Below the pieces are notes generated by a model that was not told the DNA's origin, did not search any database, and was given only the letters and a program-made list of their open reading frames with translations. The position numbers were made by a program, and so were the translations under genes. This document shows, piece after piece, positions 34,010 through 43,595 of a stretch of DNA of 64,000 nt (positions are counted from its first letter, which is position 1; every line of letters starts with the position of its first letter). The DNA comes from Sphingomonadales bacterium (GTDB lineage: Bacteria; Pseudomonadota; Alphaproteobacteria; Sphingomonadales; Sphingomonadaceae): NCBI GenBank assembly GCA_043765635.1, contig JAYUIX010000160.1, forward strand, positions 641-64,640, given 5' to 3'.

Positions 34010-36868
34010 CTAGAAGCCAAGCCTTACCCGACCACCTATTACCATTCCGTCAATACCGTTCTTCGAAGCTGCATTATATTCGGCACGGCCAAAGAAACTA
34101 ATCTCACCTCCTGCTACAATTGGTGCAGCATAGAGTAGCTCACCCGTAAAGCGTCGGCTATTGTCCGAGATATCGAAACTCTGTGTTGCATCGCCTAATT
34201 CACCAGTGTTGCGGTCAACGATCTGTGCGCCGGTAAAAGCCAGATCGCCGCGCTCGATATGGAGCGGCTGAGCAACTGCAATGCGGAAAATATCGTTCCG
34301 CCCCATCAGGCCGCGCTTGGTGAATGACGCGGCAAAGGCCGAACTCAGCACTGCGCCATCGGTCGACAACGCTTGACGACCACGACCGTTAGTACGCGTC
34401 ATTGCCGCCGTCATTGAAGTGGCAAAGGTCATGTTGCCGGGCAAATTCATGCTGGCGCCAAAGGTCGCGGTTTCACTTGACGAACCCTTGCTTAAATCGC
34501 TTGCTTCGGTTGATTGGACGCCGAGCAGGCCGTTGGCCTCGTGCAGCTTGGTATAGTCAAGCGTAAGCGTGATGGCTTCGCTCGCCTGATGCGCAACACG
34601 CAGGTTGAGCGCGCTGGCACGGTACGGATCAACCTCGCGAAGCTGATTGCGGTCGCTGTCGCTCAGCGCAAGATCGCGCGAGTGGACGAGTGTGCGCTCG
34701 GTCATGCCAATGCCGACACGTGTTGCGGCGCCGATGGCCATGTCAGCCCCCATGAACGCGCCGCCCGAGGCAAGCCCGAGCAGCGGATTGACGCCGCCAT
34801 TGCCCGCATCATAATCGCTCGTCAGGTTAAAGCCTTTTTGACCGGCAAGCGCACGTCCGCCGCTGCCATGCCCGCCGCTAAAGCCAAAGCGACCTCCGGG
34901 ATCGCTGACCTTGACCGAGGTATAGCGCGAACTGGCAACGCCCGTTTTTGAAACATAATTCGCAGGGCTGGAACCTTGGAACGAATAACTCCATCCATTT
35001 GGATCACGCGTGCCAAAGCTTGTAATATCAGTAAACGGCACTTCGTCATTGATCCAGTCAGTCAGCCGGTCAGTGATATAATCCTGAAAATATTCTTCCG
35101 AGCCGCCAATTCTCGTTGTCTGGCCAACAAGCCGTGATGATACCGGAATGGCAAAGTCACGGTAAGTACTGCCAATATCTTCAAAAGCGTAGAAAAAGAC
35201 ACCATTGGCCTCCCACGCGGGCTTTACCCCGCCAGCCTTGATTGCCGCAGCAGTGCGATAAGCACCTTTGTTCTTTCCATCGCGGAACTGATAGAAACTG
35301 AGCTTGTCAAAATTAATTGGCGACTGTGCTGCTTCAACATCAACCAGCCCGCGCCCATAGACCTCATCGGTGCCCGGCGCACCGAGATCCTTTGCGGTCG
35401 ACAGGACAATATCAACGCTTTCCTTGGGATGGTTGGCAAGCCACGGCCAGCGATCATGAAGCAGCGCAATCGTTCCAGAAACAAGTGGTGCAGCAAAAGA
35501 CGTGCCCGAAGCACGGCCAAGCCCGCCTTTGCCATCCGAAACAAGCAGAAGCTCTCCGGGTGCAACCAAGAAGCGGTCTGCCAATTTTGATCCGGCAAGA
35601 CAGACGCCACTTTGAAGCAGGCACGCACTTCCAGGGCGGTTCGAGAAGTCGGAAATTTTACCGCCGGGATCTACTGAACCGACGATAATCAATGCCGGAT
35701 TAATTGCCATATTCCAAGCGATATTCTTGGTCTGGGTCGATCCGTCATTACCCGCGGCAATCACGAACACCGTATTATTTCCGGCCGCCGCAACCGCTGG
35801 ATTGCTGAAAATATTGTTCCATTCGCTGTGCAGTGTCCACCCTTTGACGCCGAGCGAGACGTTGATTACGCTCGCGCGCTTGCTCTTAAGGTTTATAATA
35901 CCGGAGCGGACATCGTCCCACGATGCGGTGCCGCTTGCATCGAACGGATTGTAGGCAACAACCGATGCATTGGGGGCGATGCCTTGCACACCCTTTCCGT
36001 CATGCGCGGCAACGAGCAGGCTTGCCACTGCTGTGCCGTGTCCGCTCGCCGAGTCCTTATAGCCGCCGGTTGAAGTGAGATTATTCGCGATGTCAGCATC
36101 ATTGACGACGGCGGCGTCAAGCAGGCCAATCACGCTGTCCGCACCCGATCCTTGACGCTGGGTCAAAGTTGGGTTCCAGTTGATTGTCCTCATCCAGTGA
36201 TCAACATGATCAACTCCGGAAAATGCATTCAGACCATCATACCAATCAAATGCAAGTTGAGAGCGCTGCGACGCCGATAACTTGGCAAAACTCGCAGGAT
36301 CAGTGAGTGAAAGACCGTATTTGGTCAGCAGCCTGTCAAGAAAGCCACCTTTGAAATCCTTGCCTGATTTGCCTTTGACACGGACGCCCCAGAATTTTTC
36401 GGCATTGGCGCTCATGTTTTGAAACAGCGTTACAACCTGTTGATATTGCGGTGCGCTCGCCTTGGCATTGCCCAGCGTCGTTAAAGCGGTGTCGAGTACT
36501 GTCCAATCAGTCGCAAATTGCGTCCAAAAACCGCTCACAGATGCAACTGTTATTGGTGAGGTGGTAGTAAACGGGTCTAGGCTGCCACGAAATGGATCAA
36601 GGCTGCCTCTGAACGGATCAAGGCTGCCGCGAAACGGGTCAATGTTGCCACGGAATGGATCAAGGCTGCCGCGAAACGGGTCAAGCGCACCCCGAAAGGG
36701 ATCAAGCGCTCCGCGATGCGGGGTTACTGACCGCTCCTGCATCAATACAGTTGGGTCAACCGGCAAGCTTTGCGCCAAAACTGGCATCGCGCTGCCAAGC
36801 ATGGCTATTGCCAATGTCGACATCCCTACCTGTGAAAATTGTTCAAACCGCATGCGCCCGCCCCACAT
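34010..36868 (-). CDS. autotransporter with subtilisin-like (S8) passenger domain
   Basis: S8 triad contexts are IGLLDAAV, GHGTAVAS and SGTSFAAP. The C-terminal beta-barrel ends in ...RVRLGF. An N-terminal heptad repeat block is present. Confidence 0.85.
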   Translation of the reverse strand: MWGGRMRFEQFSQVGMSTLAIAMLGSAMPVLAQSLPVDPTVLMQERSVTPHRGALDPFRGALDPFRGSLDPFRGNIDPFRGSLDPFRGSLDPFRGSLDPFTTTSPITVASVSGFWTQFATDWTVLDTALTTLGNAKASAPQYQQVVTLFQNMSANAEKFWGVRVKGKSGKDFKGGFLDRLLTKYGLSLTDPASFAKLSASQRSQLAFDWYDGLNAFSGVDHVDHWMRTINWNPTLTQRQGSGADSVIGLLDAAVVNDADIANNLTSTGGYKDSASGHGTAVASLLVAAHDGKGVQGIAPNASVVAYNPFDASGTASWDDVRSGIINLKSKRASVINVSLGVKGWTLHSEWNNIFSNPAVAAAGNNTVFVIAAGNDGSTQTKNIAWNMAINPALIIVGSVDPGGKISDFSNRPGSACLLQSGVCLAGSKLADRFLVAPGELLLVSDGKGGLGRASGTSFAAPLVSGTIALLHDRWPWLANHPKESVDIVLSTAKDLGAPGTDEVYGRGLVDVEAAQSPINFDKLSFYQFRDGKNKGAYRTAAAIKAGGVKPAWEANGVFFYAFEDIGSTYRDFAIPVSSRLVGQTTRIGGSEEYFQDYITDRLTDWINDEVPFTDITSFGTRDPNGWSYSFQGSSPANYVSKTGVASSRYTSVKVSDPGGRFGFSGGHGSGGRALAGQKGFNLTSDYDAGNGGVNPLLGLASGGAFMGADMAIGAATRVGIGMTERTLVHSRDLALSDSDRNQLREVDPYRASALNLRVAHQASEAITLTLDYTKLHEANGLLGVQSTEASDLSKGSSSETATFGASMNLPGNMTFATSMTAAMTRTNGRGRQALSTDGAVLSSAFAASFTKRGLMGRNDIFRIAVAQPLHIERGDLAFTGAQIVDRNTGELGDATQSFDISDNSRRFTGELLYAAPIVAGGEISFFGRAEYNAASKNGIDGMVIGGRVRLGF
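36569..36715 (-). repeat. seven tandem 21-nt (heptapeptide RG[ASN][LI]DPF) coding repeats
   Basis: The protein reads RGALDPF RGALDPF RGSLDPF RGNIDPF RGSLDPF RGSLDPF RGSLDPF directly after the signal peptide of the autotransporter. Confidence 0.85.
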
Positions 36869-37011
36869 ATAATCTTTGTTCCTGATGGCACTGTTACTGT
36901 CGGGAGATTACTCGGAGCCTATGCTGCTAGGTTAAGGGGATATTAGCCATGATCATCTAAGTATCTGATTTTATAAGGTATTATCATATCATTTAATGTT
37001 ATGGGGCTATT

Positions 37012-38598
37012 TCAGCCCAAATCGGCCAAAATAAAATCGGCGCAACGTTCACCAATCATCATGCTTGGTGCATTAGTGTTACCGCTGATCAGGCGCGGCA
37101 TAATTGAAGCGTCGGCAATATAAAGCCCCTCAATCCCGCGTACCCGCAGCCGCGTATCACATACTGCGTTTTCGTCTGACCCCATCCGTGCAGTACCCAC
37201 CGGATGATAGACGGTATCCGCGCGCGCGCGAATCATCGCTTCAAGCGCAACGTCATCATTGATTGGGGTATTGTAACGATCAACACCGCCAAAGGCAGCC
37301 AGCGGCCCGCTCGTCAAAATCCGGTGCATTACGCGGATGCCGTCTTTTAACACTACCATATCGCGGTCATCAGTGAGGAATGCTGGATCAATAAGCGGGG
37401 CTGAACGCGGATTGGTATCGGCCAGCCGCACCGTGCCCTCGCTGTAGGGGCGAAGGACGCAGACATGGCATGAGAAGCCGATACCAACCACGTTAGTACG
37501 GCCATGATCTTCCAGCATAGCTGGCACAAAATGAAGCTGGACATCGGGCACTTCAACATCGGGGCTTGATTTTAGGAACCCGCCCGCTTCAGCATAAGGC
37601 GTGGTCAACGTACCCGTGCGGAAGCGCAGCCACTCAACCAGCGCTTTGGCCGTTCGTGCAATCGCTCTAGGCGTGCTCCCCATCATGATATTGCCGCCGG
37701 TTTTGAAGCTCGACACATAATCAATATGATCTTGCAAATGACTGCCCACCGCAGGGCGATCAACACGTACGGGAATCCCAAGCGAACGCAAATGATCTGC
37801 TGGGCCAATCCCTGAAAGCATCAGCGTTTGCGGCGTACCGTAAACCCCGCCAGCAAGGATCACCGCACGGCGCGCGCGCACCTGCCTAGGCGTTTTGCCT
37901 TGGGCATATTTCACCCCAACCGCGCGATCATTTTCGATGATCAGTGTTTCGACGAGTGCAACAGTACGCACATCAAGCCGCCCGGCCGCACGTTGCGGCG
38001 CCACATACGCCCGCGCGGATGTCCAGCGCTCGCCGTTTTTCTGTGTCGTCTGATACAGCCCTACGCCTTCAAACTGCGCACCATTAAAATCTGGGTTGCG
38101 CGGCAGTTGGAGTTCAGCAGCACTTTCAATGAACGCCAGGCTACCGGGGTTTGGCCATTTCTGATCGCTGACCGAGAGCGGGCCGGCGTCGCCGTGATAA
38201 TCATCTCCGCCGCGCACGTTATTTTCGGCACGTTTGAAATAGGGCAGAACATCCTTGTACGCCCAGCCATTGCAGCCAAGTGCTGCCCAATTGTCGTAAT
38301 CCCATGCACAACCCCGTATATAGACCATCGCGTTGATTGCCGATGATCCACCAAGCCCCTTGCCGCGCGGCTGAAACCCGGTGCGGCCATTCAGCCCGCG
38401 CTGAGGCACTGTATCAAATTTCCAATTCGTTGCGGCGGGAAGAAAGGGCATCAACCCTGGCGCACGCACACGGATCTGATCATTCTGGCCGCCTGCTTCA
38501 AGCAAACAGACGGTGTATTTGCCGCCTTCGCTCAGTCGTCCCGCGACCGCACTTCCGCCCGAGCCGCCGCCAACGACGACAAAATCAAACTCATCCAT
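37012..38598 (-). CDS. GMC family oxidoreductase (choline dehydrogenase-like)
   Basis: N-terminal FAD fold (FDFVVVGGGSGGSAVAGRLSE) and the GMC signature regions. Confidence 0.9.
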   Translation of the reverse strand: MDEFDFVVVGGGSGGSAVAGRLSEGGKYTVCLLEAGGQNDQIRVRAPGLMPFLPAATNWKFDTVPQRGLNGRTGFQPRGKGLGGSSAINAMVYIRGCAWDYDNWAALGCNGWAYKDVLPYFKRAENNVRGGDDYHGDAGPLSVSDQKWPNPGSLAFIESAAELQLPRNPDFNGAQFEGVGLYQTTQKNGERWTSARAYVAPQRAAGRLDVRTVALVETLIIENDRAVGVKYAQGKTPRQVRARRAVILAGGVYGTPQTLMLSGIGPADHLRSLGIPVRVDRPAVGSHLQDHIDYVSSFKTGGNIMMGSTPRAIARTAKALVEWLRFRTGTLTTPYAEAGGFLKSSPDVEVPDVQLHFVPAMLEDHGRTNVVGIGFSCHVCVLRPYSEGTVRLADTNPRSAPLIDPAFLTDDRDMVVLKDGIRVMHRILTSGPLAAFGGVDRYNTPINDDVALEAMIRARADTVYHPVGTARMGSDENAVCDTRLRVRGIEGLYIADASIMPRLISGNTNAPSMMIGERCADFILADLG

Positions 38599-39478
38599 CG
38601 CGGCTCTGCTCCCAACGCATTCTAATCATGTCCGATGTGTCGCGTGACCCATCATGGCTCCACCCCGGCGGGCCGAAAAGATAGCCAAGCTTTGTCTTGA
38701 ACGGCGTACGCCATAAATCTTGTACTATCCCCGCCCATTCATGGAACACGCCCCACAGCAAGTTGAAATTGCCGAGCTGCTTGACGATCCCGTAGCGGAT
38801 TGGTTCGCCCTCAACCTCAGGCGCGAAGGTGCCAAACATCTTGTCCCACACGATAAACGTGCCCGCGTAATTGCGATCAAGATAGCGCGGATTGACGGCG
38901 TGGTGAACGCGGTGGTGGCTCGGCGTGTTCATCACCGCCTCAAACCAGCGCGGGAAACGCCCTATTGCTTCAGTATGAATCCAGAACTGATAGATCAGAT
39001 TAAGCGCACCGCAAAACAGCAGCATCGCAGGGTGGAATCCAATAAAAGCAAGCGGCAGGCGGAAAATGAAACCAGCCGCGAAAAAGCCAGTCCATGACTG
39101 ACGCAGTGCGGTTGAGAGATTATAATGCTGGCTTGAATGATGATTAACATGGCTCGCCCAGAACCAACGCACGCGGTGCGCCGTACGGTGGAAAGCGTAA
39201 TAAGCAAGATCGTCAAGAATGAAGCACAGCCCCCACGCCCACCATGTCCAAGGGATCGTAATTGGGCGGATGGCATAGGCAGAGTAAGCCACGCCGATCA
39301 TGATCCCGCCAAACAACACCCCGGCAACCGTGCTGCCAAAACCGAACAGCAACGAATTGAGTGTATCCTTGGGCTCATATTTGTCAGGAGCGCGGCGCTT
39401 TGCCCAGATCATCTCAATTATGATCAGCGCGACAAACAAGGGAATCGCATATTGCACCGGATCGGGCAGCTTTTCCAT
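38591..39478 (-). CDS. sterol desaturase / fatty acid hydroxylase family membrane protein
   Basis: Histidine boxes HRTAH, HVNHH and HHRVHH, with several TM helices. Confidence 0.85.
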   Translation of the reverse strand: MEKLPDPVQYAIPLFVALIIIEMIWAKRRAPDKYEPKDTLNSLLFGFGSTVAGVLFGGIMIGVAYSAYAIRPITIPWTWWAWGLCFILDDLAYYAFHRTAHRVRWFWASHVNHHSSQHYNLSTALRQSWTGFFAAGFIFRLPLAFIGFHPAMLLFCGALNLIYQFWIHTEAIGRFPRWFEAVMNTPSHHRVHHAVNPRYLDRNYAGTFIVWDKMFGTFAPEVEGEPIRYGIVKQLGNFNLLWGVFHEWAGIVQDLWRTPFKTKLGYLFGPPGWSHDGSRDTSDMIRMRWEQSRDG

Positions 39479-39480
39479 AT

Positions 39481-39891
39481 TCAGGCCTTAGCCGTCGGAA
39501 TATGGCGAAGGCCACTCGCCCAACATTGTGCCTTGTCACCAAGGTTGAGCGTAACCGGCGCGCAATCAGGTTCGCGCAGGTCAATCGTCAGCAGCTTATG
39601 GTCAAGCCGCCCCTCAATCGGCGGGGTAACGAGCCGCGTCACGAATTTATTGCCTTTGATCATAATCAAAACGTGGCGGCCCTCTCGGTCTCGCACCAAG
39701 GCTGAATAGCCCGCTCGGTCAATCGCTGCATCAACGCCTGCAAAGCCATAAATACCCTCATGGGCAAGGCTGATTGCGTGAGCAGTATCTGTGATGCGTA
39801 TATCGCCGCCCAATCCAATCCACCGCGCCAGCCAGCCAAGCGCCATCACCGTAGCAAGTGAGGCCGCCATCTGGATCGCGAGTGCAGTCAT
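39481..39891 (-). CDS. hypothetical membrane-anchored protein
   Basis: 136 aa with an N-terminal TM helix (LAIQMAASLATVMALGWLA). It is tightly packed in the operon. No family recognised. Confidence 0.5.
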   Translation of the reverse strand: MTALAIQMAASLATVMALGWLARWIGLGGDIRITDTAHAISLAHEGIYGFAGVDAAIDRAGYSALVRDREGRHVLIMIKGNKFVTRLVTPPIEGRLDHKLLTIDLREPDCAPVTLNLGDKAQCWASGLRHIPTAKA

Positions 39892-40319
39892 GCCTGTCCC
39901 TTGAACATATCAAGCAGTGGGCGGATCGGTGAAAGATCATAGCCTGCCTCTGCCGCAGTTGCTGACAGCGTTTCGGGATCGGCCCCCGTCTTTGCCTGCG
40001 CCAAAGCCCAGAGCAAAGTTGAGCGTGTGCCCGAACGACAATAAGCGAGGATTTTGCCATCAACCTGCCTAAGCGCATCGACCATCGCATCAACCTGTGG
40101 CTGGCTAAAACCGCTATGGCCGACTGGAATGGCAACATAATTCATGCCCGCCGCACGTGCCGCTGCTTCAATTAGCTTGCCCGGTGTCTGATCATGCGAC
40201 TCGTCTTCGGGGCGATTGTTGATAATCAGCGTAACGCCAAGACCAGCGGCTTCCGCTACGGCTTTCGTATCAATTTGCGGGGCCACGAAAACGGCATCAG
40301 TCAGCGCAATAAATGTCAT
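39888..40319 (-). CDS. TIGR01244/DUF442-like phosphatase-fold protein
   Basis: VFVAPQIDTKAVAEAAGLGVTLIINNRPEDE...AYCRSGTRS has the Cx5R-like loop typical of this family. Confidence 0.7.
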   Translation of the reverse strand: MTFIALTDAVFVAPQIDTKAVAEAAGLGVTLIINNRPEDESHDQTPGKLIEAAARAAGMNYVAIPVGHSGFSQPQVDAMVDALRQVDGKILAYCRSGTRSTLLWALAQAKTGADPETLSATAAEAGYDLSPIRPLLDMFKGQA

Positions 40320-40470
40320 GCCAGCCTCTCTAGCGCAGCGTAATCGGGTTGCAATGCCGTCATATACCTAAGGTGCTTTTTTGACGGAGCGCCGTCGTTC
40401 GGAAAACATTCACCTTCGCTGTGTCACAACGTTTAGATGTCGGGGTCAAAACGACACGGAGTAGTTGAGT

Positions 40471-40893
40471 ATGCGTAAGATCTCATCATTATTGCTATTT
40501 GCCGCAGCGCTTGTTCCGGCCACAGCCCAAGCCAACAATGGTCGCGGCGAACTTGCCCGCGACCGACAGGATATCCGCGAGGAACGGCGCGAACTTAATC
40601 GTGCTTATCGCAGCGGCGACCGGCGTGACATTCGGGACGAACGCGAAGATTTGCGAGAAGCACGTCAGGAATATCGCGAAGATTTAAATGATCGGCGTGG
40701 CTATGCTTACCGTCGCGGCGGTCGGTTAGCGCCAGCCTATTACAGCTCGCGCTATGTTATTTCCCAGCCTTGGCGGTACAAGCTGGCCCGCCCGGTTGGT
40801 TATGACCGATGGGTGCGGCGCTCAAACGACGCGATCCTCGTTAACACGCGCAGCGGCACAATCCGTTTCGTTCATCGCGGTTATTTCCGCTAG
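40471..40893 (+). CDS. RcnB-like periplasmic protein with charged repeat region
   Basis: Signal peptide, then RD/RE-rich repeats (DRQDIREERRELNRAYRSGDRRDIRDEREDLREARQEYRED). The C-terminus is RcnB-type (GYDRWVRRSNDAILVNTRSGTI). Confidence 0.65.
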   Translation: MRKISSLLLFAAALVPATAQANNGRGELARDRQDIREERRELNRAYRSGDRRDIRDEREDLREARQEYREDLNDRRGYAYRRGGRLAPAYYSSRYVISQPWRYKLARPVGYDRWVRRSNDAILVNTRSGTIRFVHRGYFR

Positions 40894-41022
40894 GTACGCG
40901 GGCGGCCCACAAAATGTGGGCCGCCTTCGGTCGACCCATATGCCGTGTTGATCGAAGATTTTTGCTTTTTTCGCACGTCGCGTTACGCGCTGATCAATTC
41001 AGATTTGCCCGGAGCACTGACT

Positions 41023-42831
41023 ATGACTGTTAAATTTGCCACTTTATTACTAGCCAGCTTTGCTCCGCTAACCATTGCCAGTCCTGCAATTGCAGCGACA
41101 GAAACCGAAGCCAAGGCCGATCCTGCGGCTACACTTAAAAAACTATTTGCTGACAGCGATGAAGACAGCCTGCGCCGTAATCCCGTAACCGCGCTGTTTC
41201 GCGGCGACATGCGCTATGCCGATAAACTGGGCGACTTGATCACTGATGCCTATTATGAGGGCGAACGCCGCGCCGCCGTAAATGAACTTGCCCGACTGGC
41301 GAAGGTCAATCGTGCCCTGCTCGGCGCAACTGATAAAATCGCTTACGACGTCTTCAAATCGAATACCGAACTTGCTCTGCGCGGTTATGCGCCTGATATG
41401 CTGTCACTCTCAAAAGTGCGACCGATTGATCATTTCTTTGGGTATCAGGTATTTTATCCAGAGTTCGCTTCGGGACAGGGGGCGGCACCATTTAATACGG
41501 TTGCCGATTATGAGAATAATCTCAAGCGCCACCGCGATTACATCATCTTCATGGATCGCGCGATTGGACGCTTCCGCGAAGGCATGAAATCAGGCGTTGT
41601 TCACCCAAAACTGATCGTCAATAATATGATCGGTCAATTTGACCTTCAGGTTTCCCAGGGCATTGAAGGCTCAACCTTTTATGCCCCGGCCAAGAAATTC
41701 CCTGACGCGATCAGTGCCGCCGATCAGGCACGGCTTAAAGCCGAATATGCAAGTGTAATTCGCGACGGGATCACCCCGGCGCACATGCGGATGCGCGATT
41801 TCCTCAAAAACGAATATCTGCCCGTGGCACGCGACGGTGTTGGCCTTGTCCACATGAAGGGCGGCGCTGCTTTTTATAATTATCAGATTCTTTCAAATAC
41901 AACGCTGCCGCTCACTGCCAATTATATTCACAATCTTGGCCTTTCTGAGGTTGCGCGCATCAAGCGCGAGATGGACGCGATCCGCGTTCAAACGGGTTTC
42001 AAAGGCACGCTTGCTGAATTTTTTGTCTATCTGCGCAGCGACCCCAAGTTCAAACTCGCTACCAAGGAAGCGCTGCGCGACGGCTATTACGCCATTGGCA
42101 AACGCGTTGACATGCGGATTGGTGAGCAGTTTTCGACGCTCCCCAAGTCAACGCTCGAAATCCGGCCAGTCCCTGAATATAGCGAGAAAACGGCGGCCGG
42201 CGGATCATATCAGCAGGGCACGCCTGACGGATCGCGTGCGGGCATTTTCTATTTCAACAGCTATGACCTGCCCTCCCGCACCACACCCGGCATGGAAACG
42301 CTTTACCTCCATGAGGCAGCCCCTGGCCATCATTTCCAGATCAGCCTGGCCCAAGAAAATACCGCGCTCCCTGCATTTATGCGCTTTGGCGGTAATACCG
42401 CCTATGTCGAGGGTTGGGCGCTTTATGCCGAGTCACTTTACAAAGAACTTGGCATGGAAAGTGATCCTTACCAACGCTTTGGCGGGCTAGACGATGAAAT
42501 GCTCCGCGCGATGCGGCTTGTGGTTGACAGCGGGCTTCATGCGAAGGGCTGGACGCGTGACCGGGCGATCAAATATATGCTCGACAATTCAAGCATGGGC
42601 GAAACCGATGCCCGTGTTGAGGTTGAGCGCTATATCGCGATTCCGGGACAAGCGCTTGCCTATAAGATTGGCCAGCTCACCATCCTGCGCTTGAAAGCCA
42701 AAGCAAATTCCACGCTCGGTGCAAAGTTTGATGCGCGCAAATTCCACGCCCAAGTGCTGATGACCGGCGCACTACCAATGACGGTGCTTGAAAAGAAGAT
42801 CAATGACTGGATTGCAGGCGGGGGGAAATAA
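41023..42831 (+). CDS. DUF885 family protein (secreted)
   Basis: Signal peptide MTVKFATLLLASFAPLTIASPAIA. The conserved C-terminal region contains HEAAPGHHFQ and a metalloprotease-like HExxH-related motif typical of DUF885. Confidence 0.8.
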   Translation: MTVKFATLLLASFAPLTIASPAIAATETEAKADPAATLKKLFADSDEDSLRRNPVTALFRGDMRYADKLGDLITDAYYEGERRAAVNELARLAKVNRALLGATDKIAYDVFKSNTELALRGYAPDMLSLSKVRPIDHFFGYQVFYPEFASGQGAAPFNTVADYENNLKRHRDYIIFMDRAIGRFREGMKSGVVHPKLIVNNMIGQFDLQVSQGIEGSTFYAPAKKFPDAISAADQARLKAEYASVIRDGITPAHMRMRDFLKNEYLPVARDGVGLVHMKGGAAFYNYQILSNTTLPLTANYIHNLGLSEVARIKREMDAIRVQTGFKGTLAEFFVYLRSDPKFKLATKEALRDGYYAIGKRVDMRIGEQFSTLPKSTLEIRPVPEYSEKTAAGGSYQQGTPDGSRAGIFYFNSYDLPSRTTPGMETLYLHEAAPGHHFQISLAQENTALPAFMRFGGNTAYVEGWALYAESLYKELGMESDPYQRFGGLDDEMLRAMRLVVDSGLHAKGWTRDRAIKYMLDNSSMGETDARVEVERYIAIPGQALAYKIGQLTILRLKAKANSTLGAKFDARKFHAQVLMTGALPMTVLEKKINDWIAGGGK

Positions 42832-43594
42832 GCCCCTCAACAATTGCATAGGTGCGTTCATTATCGACATCGATTGCATTGCGCCCGTCGCTCAGGATGA
42901 CGGGTGCAATCTTCAGCCCGATGCGCCGTGAAATTCTTGCAAGGGCACTCGGCAGCGAAATCAAGCCCATGCGCAGCAGCAGCAAATTGATCAAGCCAAA
43001 GGCCTCAATAATCCGTCCCGCTTTTTTGGCAAACTGGCCACCGCCCCTGAAAATCTCAGCGCCTTTAAGCGCATGATGCCCTGCCATCGCATAGAGATTG
43101 CAATTTGAATAAGCCGCATCGGCAAATGTGTAAAAACGGCGCTGCGCATCAGGATGGATAGCAAGCACAACCTCGCGCTTTGCCATCGCAATCGCAACGT
43201 CAGCACCCCTCATCACACACTGGGCAATCGCATCAAGCGCATCGGGGGTAAGCAGTGCATTGTCAGCAGTGGTGATGATAATCGGGCCGTCATGCCCCCG
43301 CGCCGCGCCGATAACGCTATCCGCCAGATTATCGGCTGAGGCGCAACAACGCACTGGTGCCAGCCCAGGCGGCAAAGCGTCAATCACGCCCTGCACCTGA
43401 TCAAATATTTCGGGTTCAACCGAGATGATAATATCACGCGCGACCGAATGCGCCGCCGCCGTTTCGATCACATGGCGGATCAGTGGTACTCCGGCGATTG
43501 GCACCAGACATTTATGCGAAATACCATAAAGACTGGCAAGCGGGTCAATCACGCCCGCGCGCTGTGCAGCGAGGATAATAATCCGTGCCGCCAT
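42800..43594 (-). CDS. nucleotidyltransferase family protein (MobA-like NTP transferase fold)
   Basis: N-terminal IIILAAQRAG...KCLVPIAGVPLIRHV is typical of GT-A/NTP_transf_3. It starts 1 nt after the ATP-grasp stop. It overlaps the convergent DUF885 gene by 32 nt. Confidence 0.7.
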   Translation of the reverse strand: MAARIIILAAQRAGVIDPLASLYGISHKCLVPIAGVPLIRHVIETAAAHSVARDIIISVEPEIFDQVQGVIDALPPGLAPVRCCASADNLADSVIGAARGHDGPIIITTADNALLTPDALDAIAQCVMRGADVAIAMAKREVVLAIHPDAQRRFYTFADAAYSNCNLYAMAGHHALKGAEIFRGGGQFAKKAGRIIEAFGLINLLLLRMGLISLPSALARISRRIGLKIAPVILSDGRNAIDVDNERTYAIVEGLISPRLQSSH

Positions 43595-43595
43595 A

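Noticed and set aside
36569-36715. CRISPR-like regular repeats.
   Set aside because: The 21-nt units are contiguous with no spacers, lie in frame inside the autotransporter gene, and encode a heptapeptide repeat. No CRISPR array or cas genes were seen anywhere in the window.
40320-40464. EcfG-like motif upstream of the RcnB-like gene (GGAAA ... CGTT).
   Set aside because: The -35 element is imperfect and the spacing to CGTT is about 24 nt, outside the 16-17 nt window.
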